Assembly (NCBI GenBank): GCA_964355955.1
Contig: CAYHFQ010000005.1
Location: 1 to 58,142, forward strand
Length of the DNA: 58,142 nucleotides
Direction: 5' to 3'
From: an uncultured Gammaproteobacteria bacterium
GTDB taxonomy: Bacteria; Patescibacteriota; Patescibacteriia; UBA9934
Shown: positions 32,248 to 41,605 of the stretch, piece after piece
Position numbering within the stretch: position 1 is the stretch's first letter
Layout of the letters: each line of letters opens with the position of its first letter
Notes under the pieces: generated by a model
Told to the model about the DNA's origin: nothing
Seen by the model: the letters and a program-made list of their open reading frames with translations, nothing else
The model's database searches: none
Translations under genes and position numbers: made by a program

Positions 32248-33768
32248 ATGGAAAATCATCGATCGAGACCAGTAGATATTAGCAAGGCAGCTGAACGATC
32301 AGGTTATTTTCCGCGAGAAGCAGAGCTGCTAGCTTCGGCACCAGGTACTATTTTGAATCAAGGAGAGCGTTCTGATGTAATGCACTTTGGTGCTAACGTG
32401 GCTGATAAGTTGGTACATCTTCTCGATGGTAAAGATGTTGATTGGCATGAGTTGGTGAGATTGGGCTCGCAGTTAAGAAACATGTCGCCTTCCGAAAATC
32501 CAGATAAACATGAGGATGAGTTGGAATTAAATTTCGAAGAAGAACAGAAGCTGTTGCTTATAAAGAATTTGATCGAAGACGCTTTCTTTGACGGTAAGCT
32601 GGCGCATTTGCATGGACAATCAGCAGCCGCTTTGGCGTTTTTGATTAACCGTGTAGCTAAGCTGGTGGACAATATGACGCCGTTGGTGCGGCAAGATTTT
32701 TTGTTTGATAAGCAGAAGATGGATGCGCTGATAGAGGAGGCGAGGGAGGCTGAACAAGTAGACTTGCTTAGACGTATTGAGGTTTTGAAATCACGTAAAA
32801 GAGAAGTTGAAGACGTGATAATCGAATCTGATCCGGATTGGGGTTGGCATTTGAAGGGACGGAGAATCGATTTGGAAATAGATGCTCAGAAATATAATAC
32901 GCCAGAATTAAATGAAGAAGAGTCTGTAATGTTCCCACAACTAGAGGCTTTAACCGAACAAGTTAGAATAAATTTAGACAAATATCTTCCAAGTAGTTTC
33001 CCTAATAAAGAAGGGCTTAGGAAAGTGTTGAATTGCTTGCAGTCGACTACTATTTTTAAAAATCATCTTGGTCAAATTTATCAAAAGACATCACGCCTTA
33101 GCAGAGGGATAGCTAGTGATTTTATTACCAGAACTCCTTCTAAATGGACTTATGGGGATTGGAAGTTGGATATATTGCAGTCTATTTCGGTACTTGAACA
33201 GACGAATATTGATATTGCTAAATTACCTGATAGTAAGAAAGCTGCTTTGCAGCCTCTAATGACTTGGTTAGAGATGGTTTTACGTTCTAGAAGTCAAGAA
33301 TTAATTGCGAAGTTAAAAGTTGAGCGAGAATTGGCGGATGTTGTAATACAATATAACGAAAAGTTGCGAGAATTGTGTGATAGTAATCAGGCATATGGAA
33401 AGAAGAGAGACGATGCCGTTCTGGCATTAAAAGACGCTGAGGATGACGTGTTTTTCAATAAGCCATTTACTAATGCCATCAATGATTATCGTGGGTCAAA
33501 AGAGGGTGTCTATGGTGAAATGCAGCCGCATCAATTTACGGCGGATCTGTATTTGATGAAGGCGTATTTAGTGGCGGCGGATATGTATAATCGGCAGGGT
33601 GAAGAAAGAACGGCCACGGCTGATAATAAGGCGGGAAAAGATATTTTTACTTATCGGTTCTCGGATACGGGTAGGGAGGATAAAGGTTTTGCGGATGTGC
33701 ACTTTAAAGTAACGCAGGCGCCGTTAGCTGAAGCAATGGTGAGGGCGCAGATGAGAGGTGAGAAGTAA
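32248..33768 (+). CDS. hypothetical protein (506 aa, K/E-rich)
   Basis: Long ORF followed by a strong terminator. No recognisable motif. Confidence 0.7.
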   Translation: MENHRSRPVDISKAAERSGYFPREAELLASAPGTILNQGERSDVMHFGANVADKLVHLLDGKDVDWHELVRLGSQLRNMSPSENPDKHEDELELNFEEEQKLLLIKNLIEDAFFDGKLAHLHGQSAAALAFLINRVAKLVDNMTPLVRQDFLFDKQKMDALIEEAREAEQVDLLRRIEVLKSRKREVEDVIIESDPDWGWHLKGRRIDLEIDAQKYNTPELNEEESVMFPQLEALTEQVRINLDKYLPSSFPNKEGLRKVLNCLQSTTIFKNHLGQIYQKTSRLSRGIASDFITRTPSKWTYGDWKLDILQSISVLEQTNIDIAKLPDSKKAALQPLMTWLEMVLRSRSQELIAKLKVERELADVVIQYNEKLRELCDSNQAYGKKRDDAVLALKDAEDDVFFNKPFTNAINDYRGSKEGVYGEMQPHQFTADLYLMKAYLVAADMYNRQGEERTATADNKAGKDIFTYRFSDTGREDKGFADVHFKVTQAPLAEAMVRAQMRGEK

Positions 33769-33783
33769 TATCTGAAATAAAAA

Positions 33784-33826
33784 ACATCTCCCGGAGCCTT
33801 GCTTGGCTCCAGGAGGTGTTTTTTTG
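33784..33826 (+). terminator. intrinsic terminator
   Basis: ACATCTCCCGGAGCC-TTGCT-TGGCTCCAGGAGGTGT hairpin followed by TTTTTTT. Confidence 0.75.
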
Positions 33827-33870
33827 TGCGGGACGTTTTTATTTTGTACTGTGATTTTGTGAGATCGGGT

Positions 33871-34557
33871 TTACAGGCCGGCGACGTTGAGGTGTACGGC
33901 TGGACCCATGGTGGAGGTGAGGGTAGCGGACTTGATGAAGATACCCTTGCTGCTTGATGGTTTAGCCTTCTTGATAGCTTCGAGGACGGCGTTCACGTTG
34001 GCGGTCAACTTCTCGAGGTCAAAGGAAGCTTTGCCGACGATGAGGTGAACGTTGCTCGTGTTGTCGTTCTTGAAAGCAATCTTACCGCCCTTTTGTTCTT
34101 CGATTATTTTGGCGATGTTTGGACCAACGGTGTCAGTCTTTGGGTTAGGCATGAGACCGCGAGGACCGAGGACCTTAGCAGCCTTGGCCAACTTAGGCAT
34201 CATAGCTGGAACGGCGACGGCGACGTCGAAGTCGATTTTGCCGGTGCGGGCGATTTCTTCGATGGTTTCTTCGGTACCAATGAGATCGGCACCAGCGGCC
34301 TTGGCGGCAGCTTCGTTGTTAGCGTCGACGAAGGCCATCACGCGCTTGGTCTTGCCGCTGCCACCTGGCAAGACGACAGTGGCGCGGATTTGCTGGTCAC
34401 CTTGCTTTGGGTCGATACCCAAGGCGAAGTGCAACTCGATGGTTTCGTCGAACTTGGCGGTGGCGCCGGCTTTGACGAGGGCGATACCTTGCTCAACGGA
34501 GAAGGTGACGTTCTTGTCGATGGTAGCGGCTACTCCTTTAAAACGCTTGCTGGTCAT
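33871..34557 (-). CDS. rplA: 50S ribosomal protein L1
   Basis: KFDETIELHFALGIDPKQGDQQIRATVVLPGGSGK, 228 aa. Confidence 0.95.
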   Translation of the reverse strand: MTSKRFKGVAATIDKNVTFSVEQGIALVKAGATAKFDETIELHFALGIDPKQGDQQIRATVVLPGGSGKTKRVMAFVDANNEAAAKAAGADLIGTEETIEEIARTGKIDFDVAVAVPAMMPKLAKAAKVLGPRGLMPNPKTDTVGPNIAKIIEEQKGGKIAFKNDNTSNVHLIVGKASFDLEKLTANVNAVLEAIKKAKPSSSKGIFIKSATLTSTMGPAVHLNVAGL

Positions 34558-34635
34558 AGGATTTTTGGTGGTGATAACGGCCGAGGCCTCCCACGATTAT
34601 GAGATAATTTATTTTGGACTTTGCAAGTCCAGGGT

Positions 34636-35061
34636 TTAGACTTCGACGTCGACACCCATCTGACGGCAGGTACCAGCGATGATACGCATGGCGGCCTGAA
34701 TGTCCTTGGTGTTGAGGTCAGGAAGTTTGCGAGTGGCAATGTCCATCAACTGGGCCTTGGTCAACTTGCCTTTCTTTTCTGTGTTAGGCTTGCCGGAACC
34801 AGAGGTGATGTTGAGAGCCTTCTTGATCATGTCGGATGCTGGAGCGGTCTTCAAGATGAACTCGAAGCTGCGGTCGTCGTAAATGGTCAAAATGACTGGG
34901 ACAGTTTCACCGCGACGGTCTTGGGTAGCGGCGTTGAACTGCTGGATGAACTGCTGGATGTTAACACCTTGCTGACCGAGGACTGGACCTAGTGGAGGTG
35001 CTGCGGTTGCCGCGCCACCTGGGGCCTGGACTTTGATGACAGCCTTGATTGCTTTGGCCAT
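34636..35061 (-). CDS. rplK: 50S ribosomal protein L11
   Basis: IKVQAPGGAATAAPPLGPVLGQQGVNIQQF, 141 aa. Confidence 0.95.
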   Translation of the reverse strand: MAKAIKAVIKVQAPGGAATAAPPLGPVLGQQGVNIQQFIQQFNAATQDRRGETVPVILTIYDDRSFEFILKTAPASDMIKKALNITSGSGKPNTEKKGKLTKAQLMDIATRKLPDLNTKDIQAAMRIIAGTCRQMGVDVEV

Positions 35062-35191
35062 ACGATTATCTTTATAGTGGATTCTTACCTTATCTCAGGC
35101 TTAGCCTGGATATCGGACAAGTGACCACGTCGTTGAATAAGTGCCAAAAGAGTGCCAGAAATAGCTAAAATAGTCAAATAAATAGCCCAGT

Positions 35192-35578
35192 TTACGGCTC
35201 GGTGACTTTGGTGACGGCAAAGGGGCTGAGGGTGATAGTGGCGTGAACGGAGCGAGTAAAGCCTTGATCTACGAGGGAAGTGATGATTTGGCGCTGGCCG
35301 GAGAGGGGGGTGGTGATGGCGAGGGTACAGGTGGCGTTGCTGCTAACGACGGTAGCTGGGGCGTAGGCGTTGTCTTTCTGGAGATGGATGAGGGCTTCGT
35401 CCAGGCAGCCCATAACCTTGGCCCGGACGGCCAGGGCGGTACGAAGATCATTGGCGTCCAGAAAGCCGTTCAAGCCGTTAATCGCCAAGGCCGACAAAGT
35501 GCCCATGCTCAAGGTACCGAGGACGAGCACAACGAGGAGTAGAGCGAGGCCATTTTTTTTGGGGAGGTGTTTGGTCAT
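35192..35578 (-). CDS. PilX-like / pseudopilin-associated protein
   Basis: N-terminal KKNGLALLLVVLVLGTLSMG hydrophobic anchor. Last gene of the pilus operon. Confidence 0.55.
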   Translation of the reverse strand: MTKHLPKKNGLALLLVVLVLGTLSMGTLSALAINGLNGFLDANDLRTALAVRAKVMGCLDEALIHLQKDNAYAPATVVSSNATCTLAITTPLSGQRQIITSLVDQGFTRSVHATITLSPFAVTKVTEP

Positions 35579-35579
35579 A

Positions 35580-36143
35580 TTAGTTGGCTATGGTCTGGGG
35601 AGCTAGGCTGATGGTGGTGTCGCTCTTGAAGGCGGCCTTGCGGTAAACGGATTTGGTAGCACCGAGTAAAGCGAAATTCACGTTAAAACGTAAGCCAGTT
35701 AAAACGTCGGCACTGTTTTTAATAGTGGTGACTTGCCAGGAAGTAACGTCGATGTCGCTGTCAGTTAGGTAAATAGCCGGAGCAGCACCTGTTTGCATAC
35801 GTAAGCGCCTGACGTTCTGTGAGCCGCCAGGGAAGACCACGCTGACACTGGGGCAGTCAATAACGACGGTTGCGCCAGAGACATCTTTGAAACGCAAGAT
35901 ACTGGGATTAACGCCGAAGGTTGAGGTGCTGGTGGTAATGGCTTGCGCGGCCGTGAGGTTGTTCTGCAATTCAGAAAAAGTGAGGGCAGCGGTTTGTTCT
36001 AGGCGAGTGCGAGCGTCGAAAGCGACGTGTTGTAGTTGAACTTGTAAAAAGAAGACGGCCATGGCAGGCAGGATAATCGCTAAAAGACCGATGTAGAGCA
36101 CGGTTTCTAAGAGCGAGACGCCACGAGGTGATTTAGCTAGCAT
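35580..36143 (-). CDS. type IV minor pilin / pseudopilin
   Basis: Prepilin-type N-terminus SPRGVSLLETVLYIGLLAIILP. ATG 36143 lies directly after the upstream stop. Confidence 0.7.
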   Translation of the reverse strand: MLAKSPRGVSLLETVLYIGLLAIILPAMAVFFLQVQLQHVAFDARTRLEQTAALTFSELQNNLTAAQAITTSTSTFGVNPSILRFKDVSGATVVIDCPSVSVVFPGGSQNVRRLRMQTGAAPAIYLTDSDIDVTSWQVTTIKNSADVLTGLRFNVNFALLGATKSVYRKAAFKSDTTISLAPQTIAN

Positions 36144-36145
36144 AT

Positions 36146-37009
36146 TTAGAGGGGGTTGAAAGGAGGTGAGGTCCAAACTGAGCCGTCGGTGAAGGTGACG
36201 GTCATGGTGAGAGTGGTGCCGGTCATGTTTGATTCAAATTGTCCTTTGTTGAGCTCGGTAGTGGAGCCAGCCGCTAGAGAATAATTTTGAATGTCCATGG
36301 TTTCGCCGGAGTGTAAATCGTGAGTTGGCGTTCCTGGGCCGGATTCTGACCAAACTTTGGAAGTGTTCATGAAGAGCTGAGAGAACTCGCTACCGTTATT
36401 CCAGGTCATGGAAATTTTATCGATGGTGGCGGGCGAGCTGCCATTGTTAGTAAAATAGACTTGGCGCAATTGCTTACCGCCAGAGAAAACGGCGCCACTG
36501 ATGTTGAAAGTAATTTGATTGACCATGCTGGCGGAGAAGCACGGGCCTGTTGGTGCCTCCCAATTGGTGCGTAGGGTTGACGAGGTGATGGTGTGATTAC
36601 GGTTGCTGGAGTCCGACCAGGCGACAGTACTGACAAGTGTTTTACTGTCGGTGTCGACGGTGCCACCTGAGGCGACGATGTTACAGGAAGCGTCGCGGTT
36701 GACTGGTTGGACTTTAACGGTGCGTGTCATGCCGTCAGGTAGAGTTTGCGGTGCAGCGGCGCCGAGTAGCCATTTGCCGTTAGTCAACGTGAGTGAGCCG
36801 ATGTCGCCGTTAGCTAGGTCGGCGAATGACATGGTTTGCAGAGCTTCTAGGCCCTCGTTCATATTCCAAACGGCCTGTTCAGTTTCATTGGCGCGGTCAC
36901 TGGTTTGATTGGCGGCCAGGGTTAAGCCCAAAATACCCATAACATACATGGCGGAGATGCCAATGGCGATGAGGGCTTCGAGCATGACTGAACCGCGGGG
37001 GTAATTCAT
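36146..37009 (-). CDS. type IV minor pilin / pseudopilin
   Basis: Prepilin-type N-terminus MNYPRGSVMLEALIAIGISAMYV. Confidence 0.7.
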   Translation of the reverse strand: MNYPRGSVMLEALIAIGISAMYVMGILGLTLAANQTSDRANETEQAVWNMNEGLEALQTMSFADLANGDIGSLTLTNGKWLLGAAAPQTLPDGMTRTVKVQPVNRDASCNIVASGGTVDTDSKTLVSTVAWSDSSNRNHTITSSTLRTNWEAPTGPCFSASMVNQITFNISGAVFSGGKQLRQVYFTNNGSSPATIDKISMTWNNGSEFSQLFMNTSKVWSESGPGTPTHDLHSGETMDIQNYSLAAGSTTELNKGQFESNMTGTTLTMTVTFTDGSVWTSPPFNPL

Positions 37010-37010
37010 A

Positions 37011-37505
37011 TTATTGTCTAACGGGGATACCGTTGCTGCTGATGATGACGGTTCTTGTGGTGCCGAACCAGGTGAGGATGATTGATCCGTACTGAGTAGT
37101 GATGCCGGTGAGGGGAGCGAAAACTATTTCATGGCTACTCACGACGTCGGGGCTACTACCGCTGAAGTCGACGCTGGCAAAAAGAATGCTGGGGGTGACA
37201 GAAAAGGTGAGGTCGCGGCTGACGGTGCGAGTGGCGTAACTGGTGCCTGAAAAGACGGTGATGTTGGTAGCCGAACGAGTGGTGTCGTTGTAGGGGAGGT
37301 AGACACCCCACGGAGTACCAGAGGCTCCATTCCTGGCTCGACGGGCGGCCATGGAAATAGCGTTGATGATTTCGCGGTCGCCAGAAATGGTAGCGGTTGA
37401 GCGTTGAAATTTAGACAAGGCAAAGCCGCCAAAAGTAAAAATGACGAGGAGAATAGCCACGGTTAGGATGAGTTCGATGTAGGTGGTGCCGCGGGGAAAG
37501 TCCAT
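37011..37505 (-). CDS. type IV minor pilin / pseudopilin
   Basis: Prepilin-type N-terminus FPRGTTYIELILTVAILLVI. Confidence 0.7.
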   Translation of the reverse strand: MDFPRGTTYIELILTVAILLVIFTFGGFALSKFQRSTATISGDREIINAISMAARRARNGASGTPWGVYLPYNDTTRSATNITVFSGTSYATRTVSRDLTFSVTPSILFASVDFSGSSPDVVSSHEIVFAPLTGITTQYGSIILTWFGTTRTVIISSNGIPVRQ

Positions 37506-37509
37506 GTAA

Positions 37510-38610
37510 TTAAATAGACCCGATGACTTTATAAATCGGGATAATAATCGAGTAGGCGAGCGTGCCGACCATTACGCCAATCATGACGATCATGAGTGGT
37601 TCCAGGAGCGTGGCAGCGTTTTTGGTGGACTCGTCGACTTCTTGTTCGTAGAAAGTGGCGAGGTAAAGCAGCATGTCGCCGAGTGTGCCGGTTTCTTCAC
37701 CGACGCGAATAAGACGGACGGCCAGCGGAGGGACTAGACGTGGCGAAGGTTGGAGAGCGGCGGCGATGGTACCGCCTTTAGCCATAACATCCTGAACTCG
37801 TAAAAAAAGTTTGCGGTAGTAGACGTTTTTTAAGACGGAGATGGTGACTGGTAAGGCAGACGTGATGGGCATGCCGGTTTTAAGGAGCGTGCCGAGCAGG
37901 CGCGAAATACGAGCCAGGTTGGTGTTGCGGTCAATGGTGCCGACGACGGGAATGTGGAGGAGAATCCAGTGGTAGATTGGTTTAACTGGTTTTAGTTTGC
38001 CGGCCAGAATAAAGAGCACGAGGAGAGCAACGAGTACAAAGCCAATCAGCGGTCCGTGTAGGTTAACAGTGACTGCTACCCAGAGTAGGGCCTTGGTGGT
38101 AATTGGTAATTCGACGTTGAGAGAGGCGAAAAGTTTGATGATGTTGGGGAGTACGAAGATCACGATACCGGTGGAAACACCAAGGGCGGCCACTAAGACG
38201 ATGACCGGATACATCATGGCTCCTTGGATTTTTTTACGAAGCTCATGTTCTTTTTGCATTTGAACGGAGAGTTGCTCGAAATTTTCTTGAAGCATGCCGG
38301 AAGCTTCGCCAGCCCGAATAAGGTTGACGTAGACGCTTGAAAAAATTTGGGGGTACAGCTCGAGTCCGTCGGCTAGAGTCTTACCGCTTGTGACAACAAT
38401 CTTTAGGTTAGTGAGAACTTTTTTTAACGGGCCTTTAGCTTGTTGGAGGAGTAGGTCAAGGGCGTCGTCGATTGGCAGTCCGGAACGAAGAAGAACGGAG
38501 AGATATTTGGTGAATAAAAGCTGCTCGGTGTGAGATAGCCGGACGGTAATGCGATCTAAAAAACCGCCATGATAATTTTGTAAGACTAGTGGGGTGGCGG
38601 CTTGAGCCAT
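37510..38610 (-). CDS. pilC: type IV pilus assembly platform protein PilC (GspF family)
   Basis: Two GspF repeats (LSVLLRSGLPIDDAL / LGTLLKTGMPITSAL) and three TM segments. Confidence 0.85.
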   Translation of the reverse strand: MAQAATPLVLQNYHGGFLDRITVRLSHTEQLLFTKYLSVLLRSGLPIDDALDLLLQQAKGPLKKVLTNLKIVVTSGKTLADGLELYPQIFSSVYVNLIRAGEASGMLQENFEQLSVQMQKEHELRKKIQGAMMYPVIVLVAALGVSTGIVIFVLPNIIKLFASLNVELPITTKALLWVAVTVNLHGPLIGFVLVALLVLFILAGKLKPVKPIYHWILLHIPVVGTIDRNTNLARISRLLGTLLKTGMPITSALPVTISVLKNVYYRKLFLRVQDVMAKGGTIAAALQPSPRLVPPLAVRLIRVGEETGTLGDMLLYLATFYEQEVDESTKNAATLLEPLMIVMIGVMVGTLAYSIIIPIYKVIGSI

Positions 38611-38611
38611 A

Positions 38612-39910
38612 CTATTCTTGCATGACGCGAATAAGCTCCTCCACGGTGGTTAGTTTAGCTAATACTTTACGGGCACCATCTTGCATGACGGTGGTCATAC
38701 CTTCTTTAATGGCTTGTTTCTCAATGTCGTCACTGCTCGCCCTGCTGACGATAAGCTGCTGGATAGCTGGGGAGTTTTCCATGACTTCGTAAATGCCAAT
38801 TCGACCGCGGTAACCGCTTTCCCCGCATTTTGTGCAGTGGCCTGGTTTGGCAACCTCGATACTGGTGGCGTCGCCGAAGAGGGCGATGACGGTAGCTTTG
38901 CCGAAGAGTTTTTCCGCTTCTTCGCGGGTGAGCGGTACAGCGGTGACGCAATCGCTGCAGACACGACGAACCAGTCGCTGAGCGATGGCGCAAATAAAGG
39001 TAGAGGCGATGAGAAATGGTTCGGCGCCCATGTCGATTAAGCGTGGGATGGTGGTGGCGGCGTTGTTGGTGTGGAGCGTCGACAAGAGTTTGTGGCCAGT
39101 CATGGCGGCGTTGACGGCGATTTTGGCGGTCTCTTGGTCGCGAATTTCGCCGACCATGATAATATCTGGATCCTGGCGGAGTAGAGAACGGAGACCAGTG
39201 GCGAAGGTGAGCTTGGCGACGTTGTCGACTTGGCTTTGGTTGGTACCAGGGATTTCGAATTCGACTGGGTCTTCGATGGTGGCAATGTTAACTTCGCGTT
39301 GATTGAGAATTTCCAGAATGGCGTAAATGGAAGTGGTTTTACCGCTGCCGGTTGGACCGGTGGCGAGAACCATACCCCACGGTTTACGGATAGCTTTCTG
39401 AACGCGAATAAGGTCGTTATCAGCAAAGCCTAGCTGCTCTAATGTTAGTTTGTGAGATTGACTGGAGAGTAAACGGAGCACAGCTTTTTCGCCGAGTGCA
39501 GTCGGGATAATGGAGACACGAACGTCGACGTTGCCAAGTGGGCTGACAAACTGAAAACGACCATCTTGTGGTGCCCTGTGCTCGTCCGTGCGTAGTTGGG
39601 TCAAGATTTTGAGGCGAGCAATGATGCGAGTATGAACGTCGGCAGCTAAAGTAAATTGATCGTGTAAAATACCATCAACACGGATACGAATTTGAGCGTT
39701 GGTCTTCCATGGCTCGAGGTGCACGTCAGAAGCGCGAGAACCGTGGGCGAAAATCATGAGCTGCGCAAAAACGTCGACGACGGCGTCTTCCTTGGCTTTG
39801 GCGCCTGTGGCTTTAGTAATTAAACTTTCAACGTCTTCTTTAGTTGGTAGTTTAACTGCGGCAGTGGTTGGGGTTAATTTTATGGGCATAGAAAATGTTT
39901 TCTTGCACAT
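38612..39910 (-). CDS. pilB: type IV pilus assembly ATPase PilB (GspE family, short form)
   Basis: Walker A LATGPTGSGKTT, the Asp box, DPDIIMVGEIRD, and the tetracysteine region CSDC...CTKCGESGYRGRIGIYE. Confidence 0.85.
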   Translation of the reverse strand: MCKKTFSMPIKLTPTTAAVKLPTKEDVESLITKATGAKAKEDAVVDVFAQLMIFAHGSRASDVHLEPWKTNAQIRIRVDGILHDQFTLAADVHTRIIARLKILTQLRTDEHRAPQDGRFQFVSPLGNVDVRVSIIPTALGEKAVLRLLSSQSHKLTLEQLGFADNDLIRVQKAIRKPWGMVLATGPTGSGKTTSIYAILEILNQREVNIATIEDPVEFEIPGTNQSQVDNVAKLTFATGLRSLLRQDPDIIMVGEIRDQETAKIAVNAAMTGHKLLSTLHTNNAATTIPRLIDMGAEPFLIASTFICAIAQRLVRRVCSDCVTAVPLTREEAEKLFGKATVIALFGDATSIEVAKPGHCTKCGESGYRGRIGIYEVMENSPAIQQLIVSRASSDDIEKQAIKEGMTTVMQDGARKVLAKLTTVEELIRVMQE

Positions 39911-40024
39911 AGTTTACCTTTTTTTTAGGTTTTATGTAATGGGCTGTGCATAGCTTGCAGCTAAAAATTTATGAATGAGCTATACTGTTACACAAAGCGT
40001 ATTTAGCGCGTCTAATAATTGCGT

Positions 40025-40510
40025 ATGAAAATGTCCAAGCGAATCATGCCGAAGGGTTTTACACTCATGGAATTGTTGATCGTGATTGCGATCATCATTG
40101 TGTTGGCGGCCGCCGTCTTTGTGGCTCTTAACCCGGCTAAACGTTTTGCAGATTCACGCAATGCTCGTCGTTCTAGTGATGTGGTAGCTATTTTGTCTGC
40201 CTTGAAGACGCAGCAGGTAGATAACGGCGGTGCTTACTTGGCTGCGGTGACAGCTTTGACAGTGGATACCCCATACCAGATTGGAACTGACGTGGCTGGT
40301 TGTAACACAGGTTGTGCTGCTGTATCGCAAGCTGCTTGTGCCGACCTGACTGGTTTGGCCACGGCTGGTTACCTTGGTAGCGTGCCAGCTGATCCAACTG
40401 CGGGTACGGCTGCTAAGACCGGTTACTCGATTGCTCGCAACACCAGCGGTACTTTGACTGTCACTGCTTGTGTACCAGAATCTGGTGCTGTAATCACAGT
40501 CTCCCGCTAA
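40025..40510 (+). CDS. pilA: type IV major pilin
   Basis: Class III signal KG|FTLMELLIVIAIIIVLAA. Divergent from pilB. Confidence 0.8.
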   Translation: MKMSKRIMPKGFTLMELLIVIAIIIVLAAAVFVALNPAKRFADSRNARRSSDVVAILSALKTQQVDNGGAYLAAVTALTVDTPYQIGTDVAGCNTGCAAVSQAACADLTGLATAGYLGSVPADPTAGTAAKTGYSIARNTSGTLTVTACVPESGAVITVSR

Positions 40511-40643
40511 GTGATCGGATTATTAAATTGGCCTATTTTGGGCTTGTCGCGGCGTCGACTTCTTCGTCTTAGCACTAACTAAGCCTCCGAAGTTCTCCTT
40601 GCTCCGCACCCAAACTAGTCTCAATTTAAAATCCTCCCGAATT

Positions 40644-40676
40644 AAAAAATCCTGCAGATAATCTGCAGGATTTTTT
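40644..40676. terminator. bidirectional intrinsic terminator (pilA / nusG convergent)
   Basis: AAAAAATCCTGCAGATAATCTGCAGGATTTTTT. Confidence 0.75.
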
Positions 40677-40695
40677 AATTGGCTTGATGTTATGG

Positions 40696-41241
40696 CTAGA
40701 CTTTTTTGACCTGGAGGAAATCGAGTTCGAGTGGGGTTTCGCGACCGAACATGGAAACCATGACACGAACTTTGCCGCGAGCCACGTCGACCTGATCGAC
40801 TTTACCTTGCTGGCCTTTGAACGGACCGTCAATGATGCTGATAACGTCGCCCTTGGCCACGTCCACGGTGAACTCAGGTTCCGCGACGCCGACGCGCTTC
40901 ATGAGGGCTTCGATTTCCTCAGGGGCGATTGGCGTTGGGGTGGTGCCGGTACCAATGAAGCCAGTGACGTTTGGCGTGTTGCGGACAACGTACCAAGAGT
41001 CGTCGGTAACGGTCATTTCGATGAGAACGTAACCTGGGAAGATTTTTTCTTCGGTGACGCGACGCTTACCGTTCTTGATTTTGATTTTCTTTTCCTTTGG
41101 CACGAGCATGTTGAAAATCTTGTCGCCCATGTCCATGGAATCGATGCGTTGCTTCAAGCTGTCGAGGACGGCTTCCTCAAACCCAGAGTAGGTGTGGATA
41201 GCGTACCAACGGCGGCCGTAATTGGCGGTTTGCTTTGCCAT
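40696..41241 (-). CDS. nusG: transcription termination/antitermination protein NusG
   Basis: RWYAIHTYSGFEEAV NGN domain, and a C-terminal KOW GDVISIIDGPFKGQQGKV. Confidence 0.95.
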   Translation of the reverse strand: MAKQTANYGRRWYAIHTYSGFEEAVLDSLKQRIDSMDMGDKIFNMLVPKEKKIKIKNGKRRVTEEKIFPGYVLIEMTVTDDSWYVVRNTPNVTGFIGTGTTPTPIAPEEIEALMKRVGVAEPEFTVDVAKGDVISIIDGPFKGQQGKVDQVDVARGKVRVMVSMFGRETPLELDFLQVKKV

Positions 41242-41243
41242 AT

Positions 41244-41465
41244 TTAGGAAGTTACGCTGACTAAGGCTTTAAGACCTTGGCTTAGGGCGAAGTCGAGGAG
41301 GCCGAAGTAGGCGGCCAAGGCGGCACAGAGAATGACGGTGGTGATGGCGTAACGGATGGTTTGCTCACGCGATGGCCAGGTGACCTTACGCAATTCTTCG
41401 TAGCTGGTGCGGAAGTAGTTGACGACAGGGTTATCGATGACGCGGCGGAGGCGAGTTGCTGACAT
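41244..41465 (-). CDS. secE: preprotein translocase subunit SecE
   Basis: 73 aa with YEELRKVTWPSREQT followed by a single TM segment. Confidence 0.9.
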   Translation of the reverse strand: MSATRLRRVIDNPVVNYFRTSYEELRKVTWPSREQTIRYAITTVILCAALAAYFGLLDFALSQGLKALVSVTS

Positions 41466-41504
41466 AGTAGTAATTAAAAGTCCCCTTTCTGGGGGATTGC
41501 TGGT

Positions 41505-41533
41505 ACTATAGGCGGTTTTACTGATTTTGACAA
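41505..41533 (-). promoter_or_regulatory. sigma-70-like promoter for secE-nusG
   Basis: Minus-sense TTGTCA-N17-TATAGT. Confidence 0.5.
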
Positions 41534-41561
41534 GGGTTGGCGAAAATAACGGTGGATAAAC

Positions 41562-41605
41562 CCTTAAAAAGGGAACAGCCGCCGCCCGGTGAAGGGCTGG
41601 CGGCT
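41562..41605 (-). terminator. intrinsic terminator after the sigma factor gene
   Basis: Minus-sense AGCCGCCAGCCCUUCACCGGGCGGCGGCU followed by GUUCCCUUUUU. Confidence 0.6.
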
